DNA of 57,966 nucleotides, filler included, from Squatina squatina (GCA_031763465.1; 3 parts of 2 records of this genome joined end to end with filler, not necessarily neighbours in it), one strand, 5' to 3'; positions 40,141 to 52,050 are shown, counted from the whole stretch's first letter. Notes: generated by a model from the sequence alone, not told the origin. Numbers and translations: made by a program.

Positions 40141-41058
40141 GTCAATGGCTCAATGTGATTGTGACAGCGATATTATATGCATTATATATTTCCAGAACAC
40201 TTACAAATCATGAAATTCATCCAGTGTAACAGCTGGTGTGAAGACATCAATGAGACCAATAACCTGGAAATGAATTGTACAGTATTCAGGTAGGCTCTGC
40301 CTTATAGTAATCACTTTTCACTGACTCCTGTGAAAACTGAACAAATTTGGTGTTACAAATGCAAGTTAATTCCTTGTTTCTGAAACCTAGCCGGAATGGA
40401 GACAAAAATTTGTGTTTCTAACTGTAAAGTCATCTTGCAGAAAACTTTTCAAGTTCCTGACCTTTTCTTTGTATGACACTCTAGAGCAGCTCTATTTCCT
40501 GCTCACAGCAGATGTATTCCTCTTAGTTTTCTTAAATAAAAAGGAAAAATAAACTTTCTGGAGCTTGTTTTAAAAAAAATATTCTAAAAGTTTTAGGATA
40601 CTGTCTCAATTAGGCCTGCTGATCTCCTCGATTATCCAGGGTCAGACATAATGGTGATTAAGACTGTGAACCTAACAGTCAGTTGTTCCCTATCGAAATG
40701 TATCAGGCTTTCAGAGATGGGAATGGCCACTTAAAATAGTTTCAGCTGGCACCGATTCAAATTAGTGGGTCTAGCAGGGAGATGGACAAGAGAAGGGGAA
40801 GGCGGCAACTTTCTTTTCTATACTTCCTTGAAAGGACGATCCAAGCGTCCCAACATCAAGCATGCTACTCTTGAACTGTTCGCTCATTCAAGCAGTCTTC
40901 ATAACTGTTTCAGCACCAACTGCAGTCGGTGCTGCAGCACAACATTTTTTCACAACATNNNNNNNNNNNNNNNNNNNNNNNNNNNNNNNNNNNNNNNNNN
41001 NNNNNNNNNNNNNNNNNNNNNNNNNNNNNNNNNNNNNNNNNNNNNNNNNNNNNNNNNN

Positions 41059-41222
41059 TCTGTGGAGAGAAAAACAGCGTCAACATTTCAGGTCGATCAC
41101 CCTTCGTCATTGACCTGAAACGTTAACTCTGTTTTTCTCTCCACAGATGCTGCCTGACCTGCTGAGTTTATCCAGCGTTTTTTGTTTATATTCTAGATTC
41201 CAGCATCCGCAGTATTTCGCTC
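41059..41222. mobile_element. Palindromic Penelope-type (inverted pseudo-LTR) non-autonomous element
   Basis: Inverted repeat 41059-41094 / 41112-41148, followed by GATGCTGCCTGACCTGCTGAG...CCAGCATCCGCAGTATT. Related degenerate copies at ~9575-9650 and ~56728-56830. The Penelope assignment is from recalled shark repeat structure. Confidence 0.6.
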
Positions 41223-43786
41223 AAGCATCAAGTACTTATTAGAACCCACAGGAATGTCACTGCAACTCACTGCTTGTGTCCTTGCCTAATACTTTATTTA
41301 ACTAAACCTTGCATCAAGTGCATTTTACTAGCAAAAAAACCTTCCTGAGAAACAAAAATGTTTGAGGCATGTTCTGTACTAAGAAATTAACACTTAAAAA
41401 AGTGGAGAGGAGACTGAAATTGCAGATAAAACATCAAAATGCCTGAAGAACTTTGGTAATTTAGTTCTTGAATAATAGAAAGTTGTTAGAATGGGTGGTT
41501 TTTATTTCAATGCATACAGTGGAATAAGTGTGATTGCTCTATTTATGGATGCATATATATCTACAGTTTTTTAGGCATCCATTCACAATGAAGCCCAGAG
41601 ACTGGCCTCTGAATATTACTAAAACAAGTCTGACCAAAGTCTGATGCTACATTTAGAAGTTTTTAAGAGTGACATATTACTATTCACAATCAGTAATAAA
41701 ACATGATCCACAACTCCTAACCAACATAGAGAGTTAACTGTTGTGAAGTTTCCTTTAAATCAGCATAACATCACTTAGCAGAAGGCTGAATTAAAATACT
41801 AAAAGACTGCAACAGTCTATGTGGTTAATACCATGGCAGCCAAGCTGAAAACCTTTACAATTTACAAAACCCTTCTAGATAATGCCATTGGTTCTTTTTC
41901 AAAGATGTGAACACAGAAAAATCTATTTATGGATGGAAACATTTTGGTAGTCAGGTGGTGAAGGTCACATTTATATAACGCTGTTCAGATTCCCTGAAAC
42001 TTTTATTCGTTTATTGCTGTGGCAATTGGATTTCCTGCCAAAGAAACTCAGGGCTGTACAAGTACTGAGAATTTCACTGAGCATTAAGAAAGATGGGAAC
42101 ACAAGAATCCCTTCACAATAATATTTACCAAGTACTTTCTCCAGATCAGTGGTTTGGGCCTGCACTGCAGTAGGCTGAATTCCAAGTTGCATTGCCAACA
42201 ATAGATGGATTACTTTCAGATGAGAAGCCAAAAGCATCCCCGTGGTGCAGAAGTGAACATTTGCTGACACTGCAGAGCTCACTGAAGCAGCACATTTACT
42301 ATTATGCGGCAGGATCTCTTGATGTTTTCCACTCTGCTGGCATTGTTTCCATAGGAGATACTGGTTTCAGTTTCCTATCATAGTTGAATTGAGAATGGTT
42401 CGATTGACTTACTTTGATAGCTACTTAGGTGTCAGACCACAACTGGACTGCTTGTACGGGAGAGCCTGACCACAGAAAAATCAACACACAAGCAATACAT
42501 GCGATAATATATGATCAGTTCTCAACTGAACTGCTAGACTCCCTATCGAACCATGGGANNNNNNNNNNNNNNNNNNNNNNNNNNNNNNNNNNNNNNNNNN
42601 NNNNNNNNNNNNNNNNNNNNNNNNNNNNNNNNNNNNNNNNNNNNNNNNNNNNNNNNNNTGGGAAAAATTAGCAACATACTGTTGGGTAAGGCCTAAACAG
42701 CTTAAGCTATTTCCAGATAAAAAGGTATCTAACATCATCATTTGGCATACTGAACTCAGACCACTTAATATTAAGCATAAAAACAGAAGTACGAATTTAT
42801 CAAAATTTATACAGCCGATTTCACCTCAGTCCAATATGTGAGCGAATGTTTACATTTTTTCAGCAGTTTCCTTACAGAAAACCTCATCACAATTTCTTGA
42901 ACAGAACAGATTCGATGGGCCAAATGGCCTTCTCTTGTGCTGTACTATTGTATGATTCTATGAACGACATGTTTTTGAAAAATCATTTGAATTTATTTCA
43001 GAATAGTTTATTGTATGGTCTCACTACAATGTCACACCTGGTAAGTCACATCCCAATTACAACAAAGAACTCTACAGGTATATTGAACAGCTGGAGTAGT
43101 TATTACCATATGGAAAATATTTTTCATATAATTCTTCTACCTTACACAAGAGTGGTGAAGCATATTTAATACAAGTAAATTTACCTAAATCTTTTGAATT
43201 TGTGCTGTAACATTCCTGTTCCAAATCCCTTATACAGTGAAGACATGCATTCTTTTAGTTTGTAGTAGTATTGCTGAACAGAGTCAAGTAGGTTTTAAAA
43301 ATGAAGTCACAATAAAAACAATCACCCCTTTTATGCTGTAAACAGCAAATACATCTATAAATTAATGTACATCCCATTTGTACTTTTTATAAAAGTAACA
43401 ATTACTGCCTGCATTCTTTTAGGTTTGGGTGGCTTTTGTACATATAATTGAACATTTAAAATAGTATGCAATTCTGAAAATAAGGCATACAAATACACAA
43501 AGGTTTACCAGTTTGAATACAAGTGCTTGCAAGGGCCGTCGTTAGCAAACCGAGTTCACAGTGGATGATAATGGCAATATACAAAAAGCTGGCAATTGCC
43601 CAGGATTTAGCAAAACATGCAGGATGTAGAATAATTGTTATAAGAGTTCTATTTTGCCCTCACCCATAAACAATCCGTCATCAAGACCATGATAGGCACT
43701 TGATAATATTGGAAAGGACCATCAGTCGAACTGGTTAAGTCCTCACAGTGATGCGATATAAAGATTTCAATACAGAAGAAAGGTTT

Positions 43787-43860
43787 TCATGGCTCCAAGT
43801 CCATACTCTCGGAGTCTAGCTCTGGTGGCACAAAGCTAACCACCTCTTCATAGGTTAACC
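43787..43860 (-). CDS. MAPK14: p38-alpha MAP kinase terminal coding exon
   Basis: After a TTCCTGTTCAG acceptor: (x)LTYEEVVSFVPPELDSESMDLEP*, compared with human [21 protein letters not shown]. Same strand as and upstream of BRPF3, as at human 6p21. Missed by the ORF track. Confidence 0.85.
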
Positions 43861-44177
43861 CTGAACAGGAAAGAGTAACATCTTAAACATCTTAGCAATT
43901 TTAATTGTGAATAAAAAGAGAAAAAAAACTGAAAATTCAAATACTGTATAATACTTGCACTCATTAACATCAGTCTCAATCTGTAAATAAGCTCCACGCA
44001 AAAAGCAATAAAGGTTATGTCACAGTACTATTTTCTACAATAAGTGTCCATTGTTGCACATTTCTATCATAACAGAAGTCTTAAAAAAGGGCAGGCCCAC
44101 GATTGACAATGGGAGAAAATTTTACAAGGTAGCGGAGTGGTTAAGTTGTGGGACTAGTAATCCAGAGGCTTGGACTA

Positions 44178-44277
44178 NNNNNNNNNNNNNNNNNNNNNNN
44201 NNNNNNNNNNNNNNNNNNNNNTTAATTAATTAANNNNNNNNNNNNNNNNNNNNNNNNNNNNNNNNNNNNNNNNNNNN
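44178..44277. other. Artificial scaffold-joining spacer (44N + TTAATTAATTAA + 44N)
   Basis: Identical to the spacer at 25125-25224. Confidence 0.95.
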
Positions 44278-44844
44278 ACTGAGCCAAGGTCTGGGCGTAC
44301 ACAATCACCCACACCTGCTCTGAATTCCACGCCGGATTTAATCAAGGTGAGTTAGGGGCCCCAGGAGCCAACACATATAGCAGCAGCACATTGGGTAGAA
44401 GCAGTTGTGCATTTTAAATGGCCTATAAGGTTCTCACATGGCTATATGTGTTGTCTAATGTTACCTGGACTTCACAGCTGAATAACAATGACATCACCTG
44501 CTTTGTTCTGTAAATAGGGGATAAACAGTGTGGAACAGTGGGGCGTGCAGGTCACCCAGGGAGAGACGAAAACCTCATACCTCAGGAATGACAAAGTCAC
44601 AAGAAGGGTCATACAAGCCTCAGTTTGTGCACTTGATTGATGCAGATATGAACTACAGTTAGTATTTCATGTTAATGAGAAACCCAAGCACAGCACAGTG
44701 TTACAGAGCTCAGGAGTGTTAAGGTTATTCCTGATAACTGTATGACAAGAAGGGCTAATGGCAGTGACACATCGTCTGCTTGCAACTGTGCCTGTCAGAA
44801 CATGGCATTGGATACTATGATGTACTGACCTGTCTGCAATCATG

Positions 44845-45224
44845 CAATACCTGAAGGACATTCTAAAAATGCTTCACAGTCAATGAAGTAATTTTTGAAG
44901 TGTAGTCACTGTTGTAAAGGGCAAATGCAGCATCCAATTGCGCACAGCAAGATCCCACATACAGTAATGAGATAAGTTACCAGATCATCTGTTTTAGTGA
45001 TGCTGGTTGACAGATAAATGCTGCTGAGGACAGCACGGAGAAATCCCCTGCTCTTCCTTGGATAGGGTCATGGAATCTTTTCTGTCCACCTCAGTTGAAC
45101 GTCTCATCCAAAAGACGGTAACTCTGACAGTGCAGCTCACCTAGATGATGTGCTCAAATCTCTTGGAGGGTCTTGAACCCACATGCTTCTGACTCAGAGG
45201 CGAGAGTGCTACCAACTGAGTTAA
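44845..45224 (-). mobile_element. SacSINE1-like Deu SINE
   Basis: Reverse complement of the 13576-14035 family: AACGTCTCATCCAAAAGACGG and TTCTGACTCAGAGGCGAGAGTGCTACC. Confidence 0.8.
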
Positions 45225-46853
45225 CAGATATCCACGTCTGCAACTAATTTTATGGAAAAAAATAATTATTTTTGCTTATCCTTTTTCACCAAATGTGCCA
45301 CTGCTGGCTCTTGCTGGTGTACAGTTCAGCGGCATTTGATAGCCCTTCGCGTACCTTGCCCAAGGTTGCTGTTCATGGGGAGTTCCTAGATAGTGAGTGT
45401 TGTCAGGCTATTCCAACTTGCGAGAGTATCGCCGAGTCTGACGTTTCCTTGCCCGACTCGCACGCACAAATGCGCTGTCTGGCAGGAGTCACTGAACAGT
45501 GATCAGAAGCAGCTACTTGGCTGATTTTTATCCCCCTTCCTTGTTCTAGAGCTGCTGTGCAAGACTGCGGCTCTACAGTGCTGCCCTGGCTGAGTCCAGG
45601 CAGCTGGGCACAAGCTGGGGATTGAATCTAAAGCTGTTTCTCTGTTCCGTGAGGCCTGCCTTGGTGCTGTCTTGTTCCTGGAGCACGGGTTTTGCACAGC
45701 TGAATATATAGCAGTTTGGATCAGGTTTTTGGGCTCCTGGTCTTAGCAAGTCTTGGTAGCTTTCCATTCGGTTTACAACTGGCTGCATGGTGGTTTGGGA
45801 GCTGGTGGCACTAACATGGCTCTCACACAATGTAAGATCATTTTAGGACTTCTAGTCAGTGTGGNNNNNNNNNNNNNNNNNNNNNNNNNNNNNNNNNNNN
45901 NNNNNNNNNNNNNNNNNNNNNNNNNNNNNNNNNNNNNNNNNNNNNNNNNNNNNNNNNNNNNNNNCTGCCCATCTGCTAGGTTGTATTGGCTACAAGGGAG
46001 ATCATTGCAGAATTTGATCGAAGGTCCTGCTTCTCACATGGAGCACAAAGGAACTGGGACATTACATAAATTATTCCATTTAACAATGGTTTATTCTCTT
46101 TCTGCCTTGATTTGGCATTGAGGTGCTGTAAGTGCTTTAAGTAGGGTCATGCAAGAACATTAAGGAGCTTGAAATGATTCTCCACTTGCATGTCAAACAA
46201 CCTTTTGAAGTTCGACAGATTCATCACTTAGTCTGCACCAGACGATGCTGATTGTTATGTCTGGAAAATCACTCTAGAGAGAGAAAAAAAAATGGAAAGC
46301 TTCCTCATTGATTAATCCATCTTCTTTGGCTGGAATGCAAGTTTCAGTTTCAGAGACTACCATGGCCTGCAGCAGTTTCCCAGATGCATTCCCGTGGCAG
46401 AGGTTAGATGACAGTTGAGAAGGCTATTTTTGACACATGTACTGATGAGAAGATGAAAACAAATTGATCAGCACTAAAAGGCCATTATGCAAACGGGTTT
46501 TAAGAGTCAGGAGACTAATCTTATAGCCTGATTTCCCCATTGTATGATTATCGTTTAAAATGAGTAGCACCAGTGATATCAGTCTGCATCAAACAAATTT
46601 ATAGTCTTGACTCCAGGCTATATATAACAAATTTAGAATCCCAATTCTGTGCATTGCTTGTTACTTAGATGCTGTTTGTCAGCAATACACATCAGTCTTT
46701 TACACTCCAGCATTTAGTGATATATGAGAAGGGATACGTGGTCATTATTCTTTCTAAATGACTCGAGGTATTTTCAGTATGGCCTAAGTGGCTGTTCACA
46801 ATGCTGATTCTTGGTGAGTCTTTTATAAAGGAGACTCATTTATATCTTCATCG

Positions 46854-47101
46854 GCTGAGTGTGTGTGTGTGTGTGTGATATCCTCCTTGGGGATTCTCTT
46901 GCTTGGGTTTTCCGACGAACTTCCGCTGAAGTTATGGTGGTGCAGGAGGTGAGGCTGTGAGGAAAGTCCTGGAGAGAGAGCATGAAAGTGAGCCAGTTGT
47001 TGTTAAAAAGAAAGTGTAAAAATAAATAAGCAGAAGATATATTGAAAAAAGAAGGGTGTTGTATTTGCACACTGCATTATAAGGTCTAAATAATCATAGG
47101 C

Positions 47102-47132
<31 letters not shown>

Positions 47133-47235
47133 TACATGCCAGGGATTTCCTTGGGTCTAAAATGAATAAGCAGAAGATATATTGAAAAAGAAGGAAATTG
47201 TATTTACATAATGCATTACAAGGTCTATAAAATCA
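46854..47235. repeat. Diverged tandem duplication, each unit starting with a (TG)n microsatellite
   Basis: GGCTG(TG)n at 46854 and 47099; AATAAGCAGAAGATATATTGAAAAA...GCATTA.AAGGTCTA at ~47025 and ~47165. Confidence 0.75.
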
Positions 47236-48094
47236 TTCTAAAGCACTTCAAGTCCAATTAATTATTTTGAAATGCAGACTCTATTGTCATATAGGAAAAT
47301 GCAAACAATGCAGATGGTATTAAAATCTTTTGACATTTGGGTACAGTTTAAAGTATTTTTTATTATTTTCTGCATATATATTCATATTTGAATACTAAAG
47401 GAATGTGGTTATAACTAAAGTAAGCTGTGCATGTGCACAAGTTGTGTTAAGCATCTGCTCAGATCACAGGGTAGTAGTGAGGGAAACCAAACCATCTTCA
47501 TTGTCATGCAACTAAGAGAATTTGAAATTGTGCTTGCGAAATTCTTGGTGAATGACGGAAATCCGAGATAGAGTTAAGCACCAAAACTGAATGTCAGAAA
47601 CAGACAGCAAGAGAATTGGTAGAAACATAGAAGTGGCTATCGTGAACAGAATGGCAGAGACAGAAAGAAGGTTAAGTAATTCTCAGGTTGGTTCAATTTT
47701 TACAGCATGCAACTAATGTAAGGAGATTATTGGGGAGAAATTGACTACTTCCGAAAACGGGTGTGAGGATTACAATAGAAAATTAACCCATGCCCGTTCA
47801 TNNNNNNNNNNNNNNNNNNNNNNNNNNNNNNNNNNNNNNNNNNNNNNNNNNNNNNNNNNNNNNNNNNNNNNNNNNNNNNNNNNNNNNNNNNNNNNNNNNN
47901 NTTGATGTTCTCACGATTTCCAAACAAAGTGAGAGAATATTGATTCCAGAGTCAACATAGAGCACTTCCCTAACACTAGCCACTTGTTTGTTATAGAAAA
48001 GGGTTTGAAAAATCTGGCACTCATTAGTTGGCCATTGTCTGTGGACCAGGAAGGAGAAGAAATGATTGAGTTTTAAAACAGTTAGAAACTAACC

Positions 48095-49903
48095 TTCCAG
48101 TGGAAATTGTGGTTAACACACATGGAAGCTATATTGGGTGGTTTGGCCCATTTTTTAGATGCTGCACGCCACCTAATGCTCGAAAATGAGGTCCGAGATG
48201 CAAAGCACACATTTCCAACGGGACGTGCGCAGGATGCCATCTTGGTAAAGGTTTTGCACATGCTCACCCAACGACCTCCAGGAGCATGCAGAGCAGGCTG
48301 GGCTTGACGCAAATTAGTGTTCAACCCTGATTTGACACCACCACTGCCATTTTCCAACTGCACACTCCAGCCTCAATACGACAACAAAAAAAAACCCAGA
48401 AAATATACATTCCAAACCAATTTTATAAACTCAATCATTACATAATACATACAAAATAAATGAATCACCCTTGTACATTCCCTTAATGCCTGTCTTCCAT
48501 GTGCCTTTGCCTATCCGAGTGCTCCTATGAGGTGCTTCCCCATTGGCTGCAGCATAGGCCGTGGACTGCTGCTGACAGCATTAGANNNNNNNNNNATGGC
48601 CTGGGAGGGCGACCTCGAACAGCTCTGGGCCGTGTTTCAGGCTGCACCATCTCAGCCTAGGCTGAAGGCGTCTGGGCTGGCTGGCTGACAGGCAATAGCA
48701 AGGGCACTGGTGAAGTGGCAGGGGTGGGAGTAGGAAGGCTGTCATCCTGAAAGAGGACAGCATGTTCATGTATCATGAAGTCACTGCCACTCTCCAGGGG
48801 CAGCGCCTAAGCAATCCTACTGATCTGTTAGAGAACAGATTGATGGACTGCTGTCCCACCCTGGAAGCCCCTTTGAATAGTGGTATCCAGAGCCACAGTG
48901 GCAACAGTCTGAGCTTCCACTGCAGCACCCAGACCTCTGATGGAAGCTGTTTGTGCTGCAATGGAAGCTGTGACATCAGCCATCAAATGCTGCATCATGG
49001 TGGGTTCCACAGGTGTTCTGATGGAGGTGACCAACCGTTCCATGTTGGAATGAATGGGCTCCAAACTCTGTGCAAAGCCCTATGCCAAGTTGGTCCTCCA
49101 TGCTTCTTGACATTCTGCGCAGGCTTTCTGGCAGGCTTCCAGTGCACCAAGTGTTTAGTTATGTCCACCCATCAGCTGCCTTCTGTAGCCTGGCCCATCG
49201 AAGTCCTCATCTGACTCCTCTGCAGCAAAACTGGTGTGTGACCTCGCCCTCTGGTGAGCTGGGACCTCAGCTATCCTTTCCCCCTTCCCTGGCTCATACA
49301 CACTTGCGCCAGGTGTCTCGCCATGTGCCGATCCCTCCACTATTCCAGCTTATGAGTCATAAGAGATTGTGGAATGAGGGAGAAGTGGGAAGAGCAAAGG
49401 AGGATTAGGTATGCCAATACCCTCATCATCGATCTCTCCAGTCCCGCCAATGGCCATGGCCTCAGTGATGCCCCTTTCCATGATGACCAGCACTGCCTCC
49501 TCCATGGGGATTAAAACATGCATGAGCTTGTCCTCTTCCAGTTCTTTCTTGCTGCCTCCTGTACGCGCCATCTTCTCCTGCAAGAAAGAGTGAAGTGTGT
49601 CATATTCATTCTCCTGCAATATGTTTGGGTGATGTAGGTGTCATGATTGAACAGAGTGCGTGTGAGCTGTGAGTTGTGGGTATGAGGCTTGCAACAGTAC
49701 TAAGTGTGTGAGGCTGTGGTAAATATGAATTGAAGAGTTGAATGCTAATTGATAGAGATTGTTCATAGGTGAATGATGGGGATATAGTGAATGAGCAGTG
49801 ATTGAGACTGGTAGTGCAGTTGGTAGGATATGCCATTTGAAGATTGAATTCATTCACCTTGACAACTTGTGCCAGATCATTAAACTTCTCTCTGCACTGC
49901 AAC
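48095..49903 (-). mobile_element. PIF/Harbinger transposon relic with an intron-containing Myb/SANT accessory gene
   Basis: QCREKFNDLAQVVK|GT (Myb/SANT helix 3) at 49858-49903, an acceptor before EKMA at ~49578, and downstream coding remnants homologous to 11762-12331. Frameshifted. Confidence 0.7.
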
Positions 49904-50003
49904 NNNNNNNNNNNNNNNNNNNNNNNNNNNNNNNNNNNNNNNNNNNNNNNNNNNNNNNNNNNNNNNNNNNNNNNNNNNNNNNNNNNNNNNNNNNNNNNNN
50001 NNN

Positions 50004-50251
50004 CAATCATCAACCCCTGCGCCTGCACTCTGGGTCCCTGAGCTACGGGCTGCTGTGCGGGGCTTTCTTTTTTATGAAGTCGATGTTTTCCCCCCGAGCT
50101 CCGACTGAGAACAGAGGCGGGAGAGAATAAAGGGAAATCAAAACCTGAGAGTCCACCAGTCCGGGGTGCGAGTGGAGCTGCTTCAGCTTGGCGGAGTGAA
50201 CTCGAGGGACCCGTGCGAGGGACCTGTGGGCTGCCTGTTGGGACAACCCTG
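50004..50251 (-). mobile_element. hAT (Charlie-like) element end
   Basis: Minus-strand start CAGGGTTGTCCCAAC adjacent to ATCTAGAT, which fits the Charlie NTCTAGAN target preference. Confidence 0.55.
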
Positions 50252-50357
50252 ATCTAGATAGTGCTGATATTGCCAGGCTCCTGTTGTGAGCGCAGGTTGG
50301 AACAACCCTGATCTAGATAGTGCTGATATTGCCAGGCTCCTGTTGTGAGCGCAGGTT
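50243..50357. repeat. Near-perfect 59-bp tandem duplication including the hAT terminus
   Basis: ACAACCCTGATCTAGATAGTGCTGATATTGCCAGGCTCCTGTTGTGAGCGCAGGTT occurs twice. Confidence 0.9.
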
Positions 50358-51000
50358 AGAGGAAGGGTGGCAACCTTCTGCATCCTGTTCTCCCATCTGA
50401 TGAGGTTTTATGCAGGAAGTGGTACCTGATAAGTTGGTCTTAATATGTAAACCCTAAACCTCACTACCTGTACAAGGTTTGCATATACAATGTACAAAAA
50501 GATTAAATAAGGAAATGAAGTGAGTGTCCGAAAGCCATGGTGTAGGACACTCCCACTGTTGAAAGAGTAGCAGAGACAAGGAGGGCATACTGGGCAATAG
50601 TGTAAAACACGCAATATCAGATCAATCTCCCGATTTTCATTTCCATTTGGGAGAGCTGTACAACAAGCGGCTGATCTGATATCGTGCATTTCACACATCC
50701 ACCCAAAGTCACAATTACCCCCAAGGCAAATTCAATACATACAATGCTAGTCTTAGGTTTCAGGAGCCTTTAGATTACAGAAGGAAGGGAGGGTAGACAG
50801 AGGCGGATAAACGTACCACGTTTTTGCGGTACGGAGAAAGAATGAGGGTGCCTTGTTTGAACAACTGATCAGTCTCAATGTGAATTTCATTGTGCTAGAA
50901 AATATGAAAAGTAAGATGTTTAATTAAAATAAGTGACTGAATTTTAAGATACTTTTAATCATTAGGCCAGTATGGAGATACTTTTCCACTGGAGATATTT

Positions 51001-51439
51001 TTAATCATTAGGCTTGTATGGAGAAGAGGAATGATCGCAAACCTCCAGTTTGATTATGGCTTTGTAGTGCACATTTGACATTGTAGCTGAAACCTCCACT
51101 CCCTCTTTGCTGAGTTGCAAGGCTGTATTTCCTCTGCCGATAGCAGTTTTTGTGAAGGAATCAGATTCATGGAGCTGTGAGTACATCTTATTATACAAAC
51201 CTCGATCAGTCTTTGTTTTGGCCTCAGGAATGTGCAGAGCGAACTCGGTGTCATATTTGATGTTGTCAATTGGGTTGGAAAACAGAAGGGAGATCTGTTG
51301 ACTGCCAAAGGCGTAGCTGAGGACCCCAACAGTGCCATACCATGAAAATGGGGTCTTGATGAACACACACGCTCCTTTCTGTCCCTTCTGTATAGTGGGC
51401 GGAGGTGGACTTTGTACAACACCGCATTCAGCATATGTC
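51001..51439 (-). CDS. Actinoporin-like protein (sea anemone cytolysin fold), main/terminal exon
   Basis: After a TTTTGCAG acceptor: TYAECGVVQSPPPPTIQKGQKGACVFIKTPFSWYGTVGVLSY...ISLLFSNPIDNIKYDTEF...LYNKMY...VSATMS...KAIIKLEV. Shows the P.P.I, G.VGVL.Y and FS.P.D...Y motifs of actinoporins and fish actinoporin-like proteins. Frame intact to TAA. Confidence 0.8.
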
Positions 51440-51544
51440 CTGCAAAATGGGATGATACATATGCAGTATATGTGTGAATAGTCCAAACCAGTGGAATAAA
51501 AACAATAAATTTCACTTTGCAGCTTCTCTCAAAGAAAACCGAAG

Positions 51545-51725
51545 GAACGATTGCATTTATATAGTGCCTTTCACATCCTCAGGATGCCCCAACACAGCCA
51601 GTGAATTACTTCGAAAGTGTAGTCGAAGTTGTTTTGTCAAGAAACGTTCAGCGTAGCCTCGAGTTAATGTCTCATCCAAAAGATAACACCTGCACCATTC
51701 TTTCAGTGCTGCACTGAGCCTAGAT
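51545..51725 (-). mobile_element. SacSINE1-like Deu SINE, internally deleted
   Basis: TTGCATTTATATAGTGCCTTTCAC...TTAATGTCTCATCCAAAAGA. Confidence 0.7.
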
Positions 51726-52050
51726 CAAGGGTTGTCGACCTTTTTTGCTTCTCGGATGGGGCGCCCCCGCCTCCCGTGTTATAAAAATTGCACGGACCCC
51801 CTATTGGGGGTTTGTGAGGGAGAAGTGGGTGTGTGAAGGTCTGAGGCTCAGGCCCCAGGCTAGCTTAGCAGGGTGTGACGGACCCCAAGCCTTTGCTTTC
51901 CCACGCAAGTTCCGGCCCATTATCCTCCACCTGCCGCTCTCGATTGGTTCGCAGCACACACACAGGCAGAATGCGCCTCTACCGCTGCAGACCCAGGCCC
52001 GACCGCCCACTTCCCCACAAGGCATCCCCACCTGTAGCAGTGAAGCGCAC
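51726..52050 (+). mobile_element. Probable hAT-type element interrupting the SINE (one end only)
   Basis: CCTAGAT|CAAGGGTTGTCGACCTTTTTT resembles a Charlie-like terminus, followed by a GC-rich body. No second TIR found. Confidence 0.4.

Noticed and set aside
46140-46440. Exon-like minus-strand frames where HIPK1 might be expected by synteny
   Set aside because: The translations do not resemble HIPK1 or any protein I recognise.
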